NCBI GenBank assembly: GCA_028713535.1
Contig: JAQTOC010000002.1
Location: 9,090-73,089, forward strand
DNA length: 64,000 nucleotides
Direction of reading: 5' to 3'
Source: Candidatus Nanoarchaeia archaeon
Lineage (GTDB): Archaea; Nanobdellota; Nanobdellia; SCGC-AAA011-G17; JACPNG01
Shown here: piece after piece, positions 1-8,916 of the stretch
Layout: each line of letters starts with the position of its first letter
Position numbering within the stretch: position 1 is the first letter of the stretch
Notes under the pieces: generated by a model
Seen by the model: the letters and a program-made list of their open reading frames with translations, nothing else
What the model was told of the DNA's origin: nothing
The model's database searches: none
Program-made: the position numbers and the translations under genes

Positions 1-52
1 AAAAATTGCTTGTTTTCAAAATCTATATAAATGACAGACCTTTAATAAAAAA

Positions 53-838
53 ATGCTGAGAGAAGTTTTGTTCTGGTGCGAGTTTCCCAAAGAAACAAAT
101 TGGGATTTAATCAATAAAGAGATTAATTTTAAAACAGAAATTTATATTGCAGCCTCTTCAAGAGAGGAATTTCTAGAATACAAGAAAAGAATAAAAAACA
201 AGAATATAACTATTGGAGCCTGGCCTACATTGTCGAAGAAAGAAGGCTACTGGTTCTCTGGTTTTTCAGAAAGAAAATCCATTGACAAACTGGATGACTT
301 TAAGGATTTTAATATTAAAATAGACATAGAACCGCCAATATTTAATGGTAAAATGACTGCCCTCAAAGTATTAAAGTGGGCTATCAAGCCTATTTTCAAG
401 AAAGCAGAAAACAAAAACTATCTTGCAGATAAAATTAACAGACTTAAAAACAAAAAAATAATCATAAGTCCAAGATTGCCAAGATTTTACATGAAAAAAT
501 TAGTTGGAAATGTCAAAGACAGAAAGAACATTTACTACAGCCACATCTTTTACACTTCAATGCTGTCAAAACCAATGGTCCCATTGCTGAAACTATTTTA
601 CAAGAGCTGGTTTAAAAAAGAAAATAATCCAAAATTCTATGTCGCGCTTGGTTGCCTCAATGTAGGTGTATTCCAGAATGAAGGGATCTACAAAAGTATT
701 AGTGAATTTAAAAAAGACATTGAATTCATGAAAAAAATAAACATAGATAAAATCGTTGTGTTCCATCTTGGTGGATTGTTTAACAAAAAAGACTACAAAG
801 AATGGTTAAATCTAATCAGAAAAAATCTTAGTTGCTAA
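53..838 (+). CDS. hypothetical protein (261 aa), next to two NDP-sugar epimerases
   Basis: Long ORF with AT-rich codon usage; no motif I can recognise. Confidence 0.3.
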   Translation: MLREVLFWCEFPKETNWDLINKEINFKTEIYIAASSREEFLEYKKRIKNKNITIGAWPTLSKKEGYWFSGFSERKSIDKLDDFKDFNIKIDIEPPIFNGKMTALKVLKWAIKPIFKKAENKNYLADKINRLKNKKIIISPRLPRFYMKKLVGNVKDRKNIYYSHIFYTSMLSKPMVPLLKLFYKSWFKKENNPKFYVALGCLNVGVFQNEGIYKSISEFKKDIEFMKKINIDKIVVFHLGGLFNKKDYKEWLNLIRKNLSC

Positions 839-1277
839 TCACGATGACTTTATGCCCAATGTGTACAGCCTCGTTGTAGCAAACATCAAATATATCTGCA
901 TCAAGGTTTTCTCTTATCTTTTCTTTTGAATATTTTCTCTTGGTTAACCTTTTCTTTAGTGTTTTCAAGTCTGTTTTAGTCACAAAGCAGATATCCACAT
1001 ACTTTGGATTTAGATAGTGGCTTAGATGAGAGTCTATAACCAAGGAATGCTTGGAATTTTTAATGATATTAACTAAGACATTGTTTAGTTTTCTTACATC
1101 AACAACATAGCAGTCTCTTTTTTTGTCATAAGAATCCATCATTCTTTTATTCTTGATTAATTTTGAAACATCAAGGTAATTAAAACCGTTATCCTCAGCC
1201 AGCTTTTTGGCAAAAGTTGTTTTCCCAGAACAAACCGAGCCAGTTACTATTATTGTGATATTATTCTTTTTTTTCAT
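828..1277 (-). CDS. putative adenylate kinase, Fap7/AK6 family
   Basis: N-terminal P-loop IIVTGSVCSGKTT; about 150 aa, typical of archaeal Fap7-type kinases. Confidence 0.7.
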   Translation of the reverse strand: MKKKNNITIIVTGSVCSGKTTFAKKLAEDNGFNYLDVSKLIKNKRMMDSYDKKRDCYVVDVRKLNNVLVNIIKNSKHSLVIDSHLSHYLNPKYVDICFVTKTDLKTLKKRLTKRKYSKEKIRENLDADIFDVCYNEAVHIGHKVIVISN

Positions 1278-1578
1278 CGTTCAAAACCGGCTTGTCATCA
1301 ACAGTAAATAGTCTAGAATCACCAACATCAAATAACCCAATTCTTGCGCCAGCGTCCAGCCATCCATGGGCGTAATTTAGTGCTGCAAAAGCATTGACAA
1401 TCTCCCCTTTTTCCTGAAAGTGTTTTGCATCCTCAAAATATCTCTGTGCCATGTCCAAGAAATCAGCCCTTGTTAAATCAGTGATATTTAGGTTTTCTGG
1501 AGCGCTCTTTGCCTTAGTCAAGGCCTCACCGGTAACTGAAAAATATTTTTCAATTTTTTCCTTAGTTACCTTATCCAT
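1261..1578 (-). CDS. conserved archaeal protein, DUF357-like
   Basis: About 105 aa acidic protein overlapping fap7 by 17 nt in the same orientation; the family assignment is from memory. Confidence 0.4.
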   Translation of the reverse strand: MDKVTKEKIEKYFSVTGEALTKAKSAPENLNITDLTRADFLDMAQRYFEDAKHFQEKGEIVNAFAALNYAHGWLDAGARIGLFDVGDSRLFTVDDKPVLNDEKKE

Positions 1579-1585
1579 TTTTTAT

Positions 1586-1687
1586 TTACTTAGCCCTCCT
1601 CTTTCTCTTTTCCTTTTTCATTCTCTTACGCTGCCATTTCCAACGCATTTGCTTTTTTTTCTTCCATCTACGAGAGCTTCTTTTCAT
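1586..1687 (-). CDS. rpl41e: 50S ribosomal protein L41e (33 aa)
   Basis: Hand translation of the minus strand gives MKRSSRRWKKKKQMRWKWQRKRMKKEKRKRRAK*. It is extremely Lys/Arg/Trp-rich like eL41, and its stop lies 8 nt upstream of the DUF357 start. It is not in the ORF track and supersedes the antisense ORF 1451..1693. Confidence 0.55.
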   Translation of the reverse strand: MKRSSRRWKKKKQMRWKWQRKRMKKEKRKRRAK

Positions 1688-1749
1688 TTTTAATTGAAAA
1701 ATTTTATCTGTTTATAAAGGTTTTGGGCTTAAAGTAAGTATATATATCC

Positions 1750-2709
1750 TTAGGTAAAGCCAACTTTGTTTTGGTCTCTTAGGTAATTTTCATAAGTTAC
1801 CCTTAATCCGTCTTCAAACTGCACTCTTGGCTTCCAGTCAAGCATCTCCTTTGCCTTTCTGTAATCTGCTAAAGTACATTTTGGTTCAACAACAGAAGGT
1901 CCGTGTATTGGCGTAACTTCCTTTTTGCTTAGTTTTATTATCTCTTCTGTAATTTTGTTAACCGAGATATCTCGTCCAGAACCAATATTGAATGACTGTC
2001 CAATGCATGCTCTATTTCCTGTTTTCATTGCTAGAATGTTCGCATCAACAACATCACCAACATAGATGTAGTCCCTTGTATTCTCGCCATCCCCATTGAT
2101 TACAGGGGGTTGGCCATTATATATCATGTCAATGAATCTTGTTACAATAAGTGCATAAGCTCCTTTTGGATCCTGTTTTGGGCCATATGCATTAAAATAT
2201 CTCAAGTTAATCACTTCTAATCCATAAACAACGCTAAATAATTTGCCATACTCCTCTCCTATGAGCTTGTGTATTGCATAAGGAGACATTGGGTTTAAGT
2301 TTGATGTTTCTGAAGTAGGATAATCTTTTGTGTCTCCATAAATTGCTGAGCTTGAGCTGAACACAACCCTTTTAACACCAAATTTTCTGCAGTGGTTTAA
2401 TACGTTTAAGTACCCATTGACATTGACATTATGTGATTCAATCGGGTTTTCTATTGAATATTGTACTCTTGGCAAAGCAGCCAGGTGGAACACACCGTCA
2501 ATTTTTTCCTTACCAAATATCTCTGAAAGGTCTTCGCAGATGCTTTTTCTGTATACTGTTAAGTTTGGATTGTTCTTGAGATGCTCAATGTTCTCTTCCC
2601 TTCCCAAAGAAAAGTCATCAATAATGATTACTTTGTTTCCTGTGCTGATTAATCTGTCTACAATATTGCTCCCAATAAAACCAGCTCCTCCAGTAACAAG
2701 ATATTTCAT
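1750..2709 (-). CDS. NAD-dependent epimerase/dehydratase (UDP-sugar 4-epimerase-like)
   Basis: N-terminal Rossmann motif VTGGAGFIGSN plus a YxxxK SDR-type catalytic region; about 319 aa. Confidence 0.75.
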   Translation of the reverse strand: MKYLVTGGAGFIGSNIVDRLISTGNKVIIIDDFSLGREENIEHLKNNPNLTVYRKSICEDLSEIFGKEKIDGVFHLAALPRVQYSIENPIESHNVNVNGYLNVLNHCRKFGVKRVVFSSSSAIYGDTKDYPTSETSNLNPMSPYAIHKLIGEEYGKLFSVVYGLEVINLRYFNAYGPKQDPKGAYALIVTRFIDMIYNGQPPVINGDGENTRDYIYVGDVVDANILAMKTGNRACIGQSFNIGSGRDISVNKITEEIIKLSKKEVTPIHGPSVVEPKCTLADYRKAKEMLDWKPRVQFEDGLRVTYENYLRDQNKVGFT

Positions 2710-2754
2710 AGGCTGGAATCAATCAACTTAGTTTATAAATTTAATTAAACTGAA

Positions 2755-3783
2755 CTATTCAAGTAATTTTTCCCATTGCTCCCTGGTTATGTTAAGGAAT
2801 TCCTGCTTGGTTATGATGTCCCCCTTGGATTCTAGAAGATCTATTACAGGCAGGAGCATTTCTTCAGCTTCATACTTTGGTTTGAATCCAAATGTTTTTT
2901 CAAATTTGGCTGAATTTATTTTTAGGTTTCTAACATCACCCAAATCGTCTACAACTTTTATATTAGTTTCCTCAACTAATTCTTTTATCTTGTTTATGAT
3001 TTCAATCTTTGTTAAGTTCAAAGACCCAAGATTATAAGTTCCCTTCTTGAAATTATTGATTATATTAATATATGCATCCATCATATCTCTTATGTCTATT
3101 AAAGCCCTGTAATGGTTTGGGTTTGAAACAGAAATATTCCTTTTCAGCCACACCATGTATGAGAAATGATTAGGCAATAAATCAGGTCTTGCTCTTGGGG
3201 ACAACCCTCCAATAGTAGCAGGCCTTAATATCACATACTCAGGGTCAATCTCTTTTATTATTTTTTCACACTCAAGTTTATTCTTTGAGTATTGGTCTTT
3301 TATTTCTCTTATTTCATAGCCTTCATCTATTAGATTTTCACTTTTGGAAAGGCCATAAATGCTTGAGCTTGAATTATAGATTAACTTTGAGTTATATTCC
3401 CTGCATAACTCAGCAATAATCCTTGTTCCTTCAGTTGAGATTTCATGGGATTCTTCCTTGTTTTCTTCGCATGGGAAATACCCAACTATGTCTGCAAAAT
3501 GAAAGACAAAATCAAAATTATGTTTTCTAAATAGCTTTGATAATCTTTCTTTGTCTCTTATGTCCCCGTTAATATAATCAATTTTACTTGTTTTTCTTGT
3601 GTCTGCTGCCAATGATTCTGCCACGTTTATTTTTTCCCTTAGGATTAAGTTGATTCTTTCTAATGATTTTTGGTTGTACATTAAGCTGTCATATATTACT
3701 GGATTATAGCCTAATTCTTTCAGTTTTAGGTATAGCATGCTTCCTAAATACCCTGCTCCACCAGTAATTAATATTTGTGTCAT
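2755..3783 (-). CDS. NAD-dependent epimerase/dehydratase family protein
   Basis: N-terminal ITGGAGYLGS Rossmann motif; extended SDR family. Confidence 0.65.
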   Translation of the reverse strand: MTQILITGGAGYLGSMLYLKLKELGYNPVIYDSLMYNQKSLERINLILREKINVAESLAADTRKTSKIDYINGDIRDKERLSKLFRKHNFDFVFHFADIVGYFPCEENKEESHEISTEGTRIIAELCREYNSKLIYNSSSSIYGLSKSENLIDEGYEIREIKDQYSKNKLECEKIIKEIDPEYVILRPATIGGLSPRARPDLLPNHFSYMVWLKRNISVSNPNHYRALIDIRDMMDAYINIINNFKKGTYNLGSLNLTKIEIINKIKELVEETNIKVVDDLGDVRNLKINSAKFEKTFGFKPKYEAEEMLLPVIDLLESKGDIITKQEFLNITREQWEKLLE

Positions 3784-3833
3784 ATCTTCTCCAGTTAAAC
3801 AAACTTTTTAAATCCATTTCATATAAAAAGGTT

Positions 3834-4121
3834 ATGGGGAAAGAGGAGGATCTTGCTGAACTTACTCAGGGTAAACTTTCTAAGCTGGATGATATAATAA
3901 ACAACCTCAAGAACAACTATCCTTGTTTCTTAGGGATTAGGGATAAAGGTTATGTTCTTTTGCATGAAGGTTTTCTTGAAAATTATGGAGGCGAAGTTTA
4001 TTTTTTAGAAGATCTTTATTTATACAGGAAGAAACTTCTTGAATGGGATTGTAAAGATAATCTATTCAAACCAAAATTGATAAAAGAGTTAGATAATGAC
4101 ATTGCTCCGGCCGGGATTTGA
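3834..4121 (+). CDS. hypothetical protein (start moved to internal ATG)
   Basis: The track ORF start at 3777 overlaps the divergent epimerase start; the ATG at 3834 follows an aaaaaggtt spacer. The 3' end overlaps tRNA-Glu by 18 nt. Confidence 0.3.
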   Translation: MGKEEDLAELTQGKLSKLDDIINNLKNNYPCFLGIRDKGYVLLHEGFLENYGGEVYFLEDLYLYRKKLLEWDCKDNLFKPKLIKELDNDIAPAGI

Positions 4122-4177
4122 ACCCGGGTTATCGGATCGAAAATCCGATGTGATTGACCGGACTACACTACCGGAGC
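4104..4177 (-). tRNA. tRNA-Glu (UUC)
   Basis: Reverse complement folds as a 74-nt cloverleaf: acceptor GCUCCGG/CCGGAGC, anticodon stem UCGGA/UCCGA, loop UUUUCGA, T-arm CCGGG-UUCAAAU-CCCGG. Confidence 0.8.
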
Positions 4178-4228
4178 CTAAAGACTTTTTTCAGAACTTT
4201 ATTTATAAATGTTTTGATTAAAAAGAAG

Positions 4229-4325
4229 TGGGCCCGGTGGGATTCGAACCCACGACTTCCGGCTTTCTTAGAACCGAAAGTGGCCATATAAGACCGGCGC
4301 TCATACCAAGCTAAGCTACGGGCCC
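4229..4325 (-). tRNA. tRNA-Ile (UAU) with a 22-nt intron at 37/38 (intron about 4265..4286)
   Basis: Reverse complement: acceptor GGGCCCG/CGGGCCC plus A73, T-arm GUGGG-UUCGAAU-CCCAC, anticodon stem CCGGU/GCCGG, loop CUUAUA then a 22-nt insert before position 38. Anticodon U34-A35-U36. Confidence 0.65.
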
Positions 4326-4393
4326 GCAATAATCCAAAAAACCAAAGGTTTATATTTAAATGTTTCGAATGAGAATTATTTAGAGGCTGTAAA

Positions 4394-5587
4394 ATGATTA
4401 TAGGTTTGGTGGGTAAGCCCAGTAGCGGGAAATCAACATTTTTCAAAGCTGCAACTTTAGCAGATGTAGATATAGCTAACTATCCATTTACAACCATAGA
4501 AAAGAATGAAGGTGTAGCCTATGTCAAGATTGATTGCATTGATAAATTCTTTAACAAGCAATGCAACCCAAGGTTTGGATATTGCGTTAATCATAAAAGA
4601 TATGTTCCAATAAAAATAATTGATGTTGCTGGCTTAGTCCCGGATGCTCATAAAGGCAAAGGAAGAGGAAATCAGTTCCTAGATGATTTAAGACAGGCAG
4701 ATGCCTTAATCCATGTCGTTGATATATCTGGAAGTTTGAATGAAAACGGAGAACCAGTTTCAATGGGTTCTTATGATCCAAAAAAAGACATTGAATTCCT
4801 GGAATTTGAATTAGACATGTGGTATTTTCAGATACTAAACAAGGGATGGGACAAGTTTTCAAGGCAGACCCAGCAGGAAAAAGCAGGAATCAACAGGGCA
4901 TTGTCAAAACAGCTTTCTGGCCTTGGTGTCAAAGAAGATATGGTTGAAAGTTCTGTAAAAAAATTAAATCTGCCAATTGAATTTATTAACTGGAATGAGT
5001 CTGAAAGAAAGTTGCTTGCCAGGGAATTAAGAAAATTAACAAAGCCAATTATCATTGCAGCAAATAAGATTGATCTTGAAAAAGGAAAGGAAAACTATTA
5101 CAAAATAAAAAAAGACCTTCCAGAGTTAAATATAATTCCTTGTTCTGCTGATTATGAACTTGCTTTGAGAGAAGCAGCAAAAAAAGACCTGATTGAATAT
5201 CTTCCAGGTGAAAAAGACCTTAAGATTAAAGGTAACCTCAATGAAGCCCAAAAAAATGCACTTGAAAAAATAAAATTAAACATACTTGATGTTTTTGAAA
5301 ACGGAACAGGAGTTCAGGCAGTATTAAACTACGCTGTCTTTGGCTTATTAAATTATATTGCAATATTCCCCGGAGGGATGAATAAACTGGAAGATTCCAA
5401 GGGTAATGTTCTTCCTGATTGTTTCTTGATGCCTCCCAATTCAACAGCCTTGGATTTTGCATATTTATTGCATACTGACTTTGGGGAGAATTTTATCAAG
5501 GCTATGGATGTTAAAAGGCGTATCCCTGTTGGCAGGGAGCATAAACTAAGCCACCTTGATGTTATTGAAATAATGACCAAGAAATAA
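4394..5587 (+). CDS. Obg-family GTPase, YchF/OLA1-like, with C-terminal TGS domain
   Basis: Starts directly at the P-loop MIIGLVGKPSSGKSTFF; G3 DVAG, G4 NKID; C-terminal TGS-like beta-grasp; 397 aa. Confidence 0.7.
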   Translation: MIIGLVGKPSSGKSTFFKAATLADVDIANYPFTTIEKNEGVAYVKIDCIDKFFNKQCNPRFGYCVNHKRYVPIKIIDVAGLVPDAHKGKGRGNQFLDDLRQADALIHVVDISGSLNENGEPVSMGSYDPKKDIEFLEFELDMWYFQILNKGWDKFSRQTQQEKAGINRALSKQLSGLGVKEDMVESSVKKLNLPIEFINWNESERKLLARELRKLTKPIIIAANKIDLEKGKENYYKIKKDLPELNIIPCSADYELALREAAKKDLIEYLPGEKDLKIKGNLNEAQKNALEKIKLNILDVFENGTGVQAVLNYAVFGLLNYIAIFPGGMNKLEDSKGNVLPDCFLMPPNSTALDFAYLLHTDFGENFIKAMDVKRRIPVGREHKLSHLDVIEIMTKK

Positions 5588-5731
5588 ATTTATTACTTTA
5601 AAATTAATATACTTTTGAGCAACATTTATAAAGATTCAGTCATTATTAAAATATCAAGGCAAGCCACAACGATTGCCTCCTCTTTTGTTTTTTGTGAAAG
5701 ATTTTTATATTAGAAAACCATATTATTTTTT

Positions 5732-6613
5732 ATGATTCTAGGTAAAAAACAAATAGATGTTCTACCTTATTATGCAGTTATTTCTAAAAAACTGATAAAA
5801 TTTCTGGATAAAAAAGAAATTGCAACAAAAATCAGTTTGCCTAACAGCAAGATTGGAAAAATATTAAAAAGAGGTTCAAAAGAAGAGCCGTTATATGTTT
5901 CTGAGATAGTTAAGAATGTTAATGATGATATGTTAATGTTAAGAAATAAGCATCTTGATGAAGTTAGGAAGGAATTAAACAAAACACAGATTAAAATCTG
6001 GGATTACTTTGTTCCAAGAAAGCTGATTGATTTTTTGTATGCAACAAATAACGAAGGAGTTAACAAAAAGATTAAAAGAATATTTTTTGATATTGATTGT
6101 GGTTCTTTAAGCTCTGAAAAAGCAAGAATCGTTGCTAAAGAATTAGTTTATCTAATTAAAACTGACAAGGAATTTAATAAATTGGTTAAATATGATATTA
6201 TGCCCATGTGGACAGGACATTCTTTCCATGTTTATTTGTTTTTGAATAAAGATGTTAGTCCTGAATTTTATGATAAATATCTAATGTTCTCAAAATCAAA
6301 GCCCATGGAGAGTTTTACTGGAAGATGGGCTTTTGAAATAAGCAAAAAAACAAAGATAAAGGTTATTGGAGGCCATGAAAAAGTTAATGGGTTTATTAAT
6401 ATAGATCCTTCACAAACACCATCAGGAAAATTAGCTAGGATCCCCTTCTCTTTGAATATTAAAAACTTCAAGATTGTTGGAGTTGCTCTGCCTTTAAGTA
6501 TCAGGGACCTGAACGATAGGAATCTAATTAAAAAATTGAGGTGTTATAACGCAGATAAAGTTATAAAGGATTTAGGTTCTTTAGCTAAAAAAATTCCTGA
6601 GAGGTTAAAATAG
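5732..6613 (+). CDS. DNA primase small subunit PriS-like (AEP superfamily), compact
   Basis: Three AEP-like motifs: IFFDIDCG (DxD), WTGHSFHVY (SGxRGxH-like) and GKLARIPFSLNIKN (RLxRxPxSxHxK-like). Confidence 0.5.
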   Translation: MILGKKQIDVLPYYAVISKKLIKFLDKKEIATKISLPNSKIGKILKRGSKEEPLYVSEIVKNVNDDMLMLRNKHLDEVRKELNKTQIKIWDYFVPRKLIDFLYATNNEGVNKKIKRIFFDIDCGSLSSEKARIVAKELVYLIKTDKEFNKLVKYDIMPMWTGHSFHVYLFLNKDVSPEFYDKYLMFSKSKPMESFTGRWAFEISKKTKIKVIGGHEKVNGFINIDPSQTPSGKLARIPFSLNIKNFKIVGVALPLSIRDLNDRNLIKKLRCYNADKVIKDLGSLAKKIPERLK

Positions 6614-6633
6614 CAGATACAAAAACTCCCCCC

Positions 6634-7047
6634 GTGGGCATAGCCCAAATAAAGCCACCAGATGATCCGAACACATCTCCTTTTTATGAGGGAGGAATAG
6701 CTGATGAAAACATTGATACTTATCTACTTCGTTTTAAAACAAATCTTCTTTCCCACCTAAATGCTGATTTTATAGAACAGGGCTATTGTGTAACAAAATA
6801 TACTAAAAGAATTCGAGAATCTCTTTGCGATATTGTCCAAGACTCTATTCAAATTGGAACCACAATAAAAGATAATCCAAAATTAAGTAGGTTTTTAGAC
6901 AGATACAAAAAGGATGAATTTAGAGAGCATGTTATGCGTTATTTAGAAGTTGCAGTAATTGTTTATAATTGGATCTTGCCTGAAATTAAAACCAAAAATT
7001 CTTTAAATGAACCTAACGATAAACCTTATGGGGGGGCTATAGTCTAG
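6634..7047 (+). CDS. hypothetical protein (137 aa) downstream of the PriS-like gene
   Basis: ORF with no recognisable motif; the last 15 nt overlap tRNA-Pro. Confidence 0.3.
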   Translation: MGIAQIKPPDDPNTSPFYEGGIADENIDTYLLRFKTNLLSHLNADFIEQGYCVTKYTKRIRESLCDIVQDSIQIGTTIKDNPKLSRFLDRYKKDEFREHVMRYLEVAVIVYNWILPEIKTKNSLNEPNDKPYGGAIV

Positions 7048-7107
7048 GCTGATCTATGATTCCGGGCTGGGGGTCCGGCGACCCAGGTTTGAATCCTGGT
7101 AGCCCCA
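7033..7107 (+). tRNA. tRNA-Pro (GGG)
   Basis: Acceptor GGGGCUA/UAGCCCC plus A, anticodon stem CCGGG/UCCGG, loop CUGGGGG with G37, T-arm CCAGG-UUUGAAU-CCUGG. Confidence 0.65.
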
Positions 7108-7141
7108 TTAGTTTTTTAAATCAAGGAAGTTTGATAATAAA

Positions 7142-8128
7142 ATGACAATTTGTCTTGGAATAGAATCAACAGCGCATACTTTTGGAGTTTCTATCGTAAA
7201 TGATAAAGGGAAAATTCTGAGTAATTTAAACAAGACATATACAACAGAAAAAGGCGGGATGATCCCTCATGAAGTGGCTCTCCATCACAAAAAAATTGCT
7301 GACAATCTTGTTGAAGAAGCTCTGAACTATGCTAAAATAAAAAAAGAAAAACTGGACTTTATTACTTTTTCACAAGGTCCTGGATTGCCTCCAAGTCTAA
7401 GAATTGGAAAAGATAAAGCAAAACAACTTGCATCAAATCTACAAATACCTTTGATTGGATCAAATCATATATGCGCTCATTTGGAAATAGGAAAATTATT
7501 GACTAAAGCAAAAGATCCTGTTTTTGTTTTTGTTTCTGGGGCTAATACCCAGATAATTGCATATGAATCAGAAAGATACAGGATTTTTGGAGAGACTTTA
7601 GATGTTGGAATGGGAAATGCACTTGATAAGTTTGGAAGAGATATTGGATTAGGATTTCCTGCTGGTCCAAAAATAGAAGAGCTGGCTAAAAAAGGAAATT
7701 ATATTGAACTGCCATACATTGTCAAGGGAATGGACCTAAGTTTTTCTGGAATAGTGACCAAAGCTAACCAGTTATTTAAAAAAGGAGTTAGCAAAGAAGA
7801 TTTATGTTATTCAATGCAGGAAACCTGTTTTTCAATGGTTACAGAGGTGACTGAAAGAGCTCTTGCTCACTGCAATAAAAAAGAAGTTTTACTTATTGGC
7901 GGTGTTGCAGCAAACAAAAGGTTTTGTGAAATGTTAAATAAAATGTGTGAACAAAGAAAAGCTAAGTTTTACTCTGCTCCATTAAGACATTGTGGGGATC
8001 ATGCTGCAATGATAGCATGGCAGGGCATGCTTCAATATAAATCAAATAAAAACTTTGAAGATGTTTCTGAAATAGATATTCTGCCTAAATGGAGAATTGA
8101 TGAAGTGGAAGTTACATGGATTAAATAA
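7142..8128 (+). CDS. kae1: tRNA N6-adenosine threonylcarbamoyltransferase Kae1 (KEOPS), standalone
   Basis: Starts CLGIESTAHTFGVSIV with conserved His motifs; 328 aa, not fused to Bud32. Confidence 0.9.
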   Translation: MTICLGIESTAHTFGVSIVNDKGKILSNLNKTYTTEKGGMIPHEVALHHKKIADNLVEEALNYAKIKKEKLDFITFSQGPGLPPSLRIGKDKAKQLASNLQIPLIGSNHICAHLEIGKLLTKAKDPVFVFVSGANTQIIAYESERYRIFGETLDVGMGNALDKFGRDIGLGFPAGPKIEELAKKGNYIELPYIVKGMDLSFSGIVTKANQLFKKGVSKEDLCYSMQETCFSMVTEVTERALAHCNKKEVLLIGGVAANKRFCEMLNKMCEQRKAKFYSAPLRHCGDHAAMIAWQGMLQYKSNKNFEDVSEIDILPKWRIDEVEVTWIK

Positions 8129-8882
8129 GAACAAAACAAATCCTTCTTCTATTCCCGCCTTTGTTTTCCAGCTTAGTTATTTTTATTTTCCCTATCTCAG
8201 AAGTATTCTTGACATGAGTCCCGCCACAGGCAGTAATGTCAAAATCCTTAATCTCAACAATCCTTATGTCTTTTATATCTGGATTTAGTCCTTTTGCCAA
8301 TTTGGATAAAACAGGAAGTTCCATTGCTTTTTCTCTTGGCAAAAAATAAGTTTTAACCTCTCGATTTTTAGATAAAAATTCGTTTACTTTAGATTCAAAA
8401 CTCATCATCAAATCCCTGTCAAAATTTTCCAGGGAAAAATCTACTCTTGATTTATCTAAACCCAGCTGATTCCCAGTAATTAAAGCCCCTGTTTCTTTAT
8501 ACAAGAACTGAGATAATATGTGAGACACAGTATGATACCTCATTAACAAATGTCTTCTTTCCCAGTCAATTAAACCTTTAACTTTCATGCCTTCTTTAAG
8601 CCCTTCTTTGTCTACCTCGTGGCTTATTTCGTTTTCAGTTTTGGCAACATAAACTACATTGTATTTATTCCCATGCTCATCAACCAAGACTCCAGTATCA
8701 AAAGGCTGGCCTCCAGAATTAGGATAAAAATAACTTTCCTCTAAAATAACATATTTATCTCTTACAGATTTCACAATGCTTTCAAATTCTCTTTTATATG
8801 AATCCTCTAGATATTTTGCTGGCATAGTTCTGACATAAAATAAATCTTTAAAAACCTTTCCAAACATTATTAACCAAAACAC
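8121..8882 (-). CDS. alaX: alanyl-tRNA editing protein AlaX (AlaRS editing-domain homolog)
   Basis: HxxxH (HTVSHILS) and CGGTHV zinc-binding editing-site motifs; convergent with kae1 and overlaps it by 8 nt. Confidence 0.75.
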   Translation of the reverse strand: MFWLIMFGKVFKDLFYVRTMPAKYLEDSYKREFESIVKSVRDKYVILEESYFYPNSGGQPFDTGVLVDEHGNKYNVVYVAKTENEISHEVDKEGLKEGMKVKGLIDWERRHLLMRYHTVSHILSQFLYKETGALITGNQLGLDKSRVDFSLENFDRDLMMSFESKVNEFLSKNREVKTYFLPREKAMELPVLSKLAKGLNPDIKDIRIVEIKDFDITACGGTHVKNTSEIGKIKITKLENKGGNRRRICFVLI

Positions 8883-8916
8883 AAATGTTTTAATTACAGT
8901 CTTTTTCTAAATAGCC

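Noticed and set aside
1451-1693. Plus-strand 80-aa ORF (Ser/Leu/Phe-rich)
   Set aside because: It is antisense to a clean basic 33-aa L41e reading frame and has low-complexity composition, so it is a shadow ORF.
4168-4446. Minus-strand 92-aa ORF
   Set aside because: It lies entirely across the two tRNA genes (Glu and Ile) and the start of the YchF-like gene, so it is spurious.
7033-7107. Possible type II (long variable arm) fold of the tRNA at 7033
   Set aside because: At 75 nt it is too short. The CCGG...CCGG element is better explained as the anticodon arm CCGGG/UCCGG with a GGG anticodon, giving tRNA-Pro.
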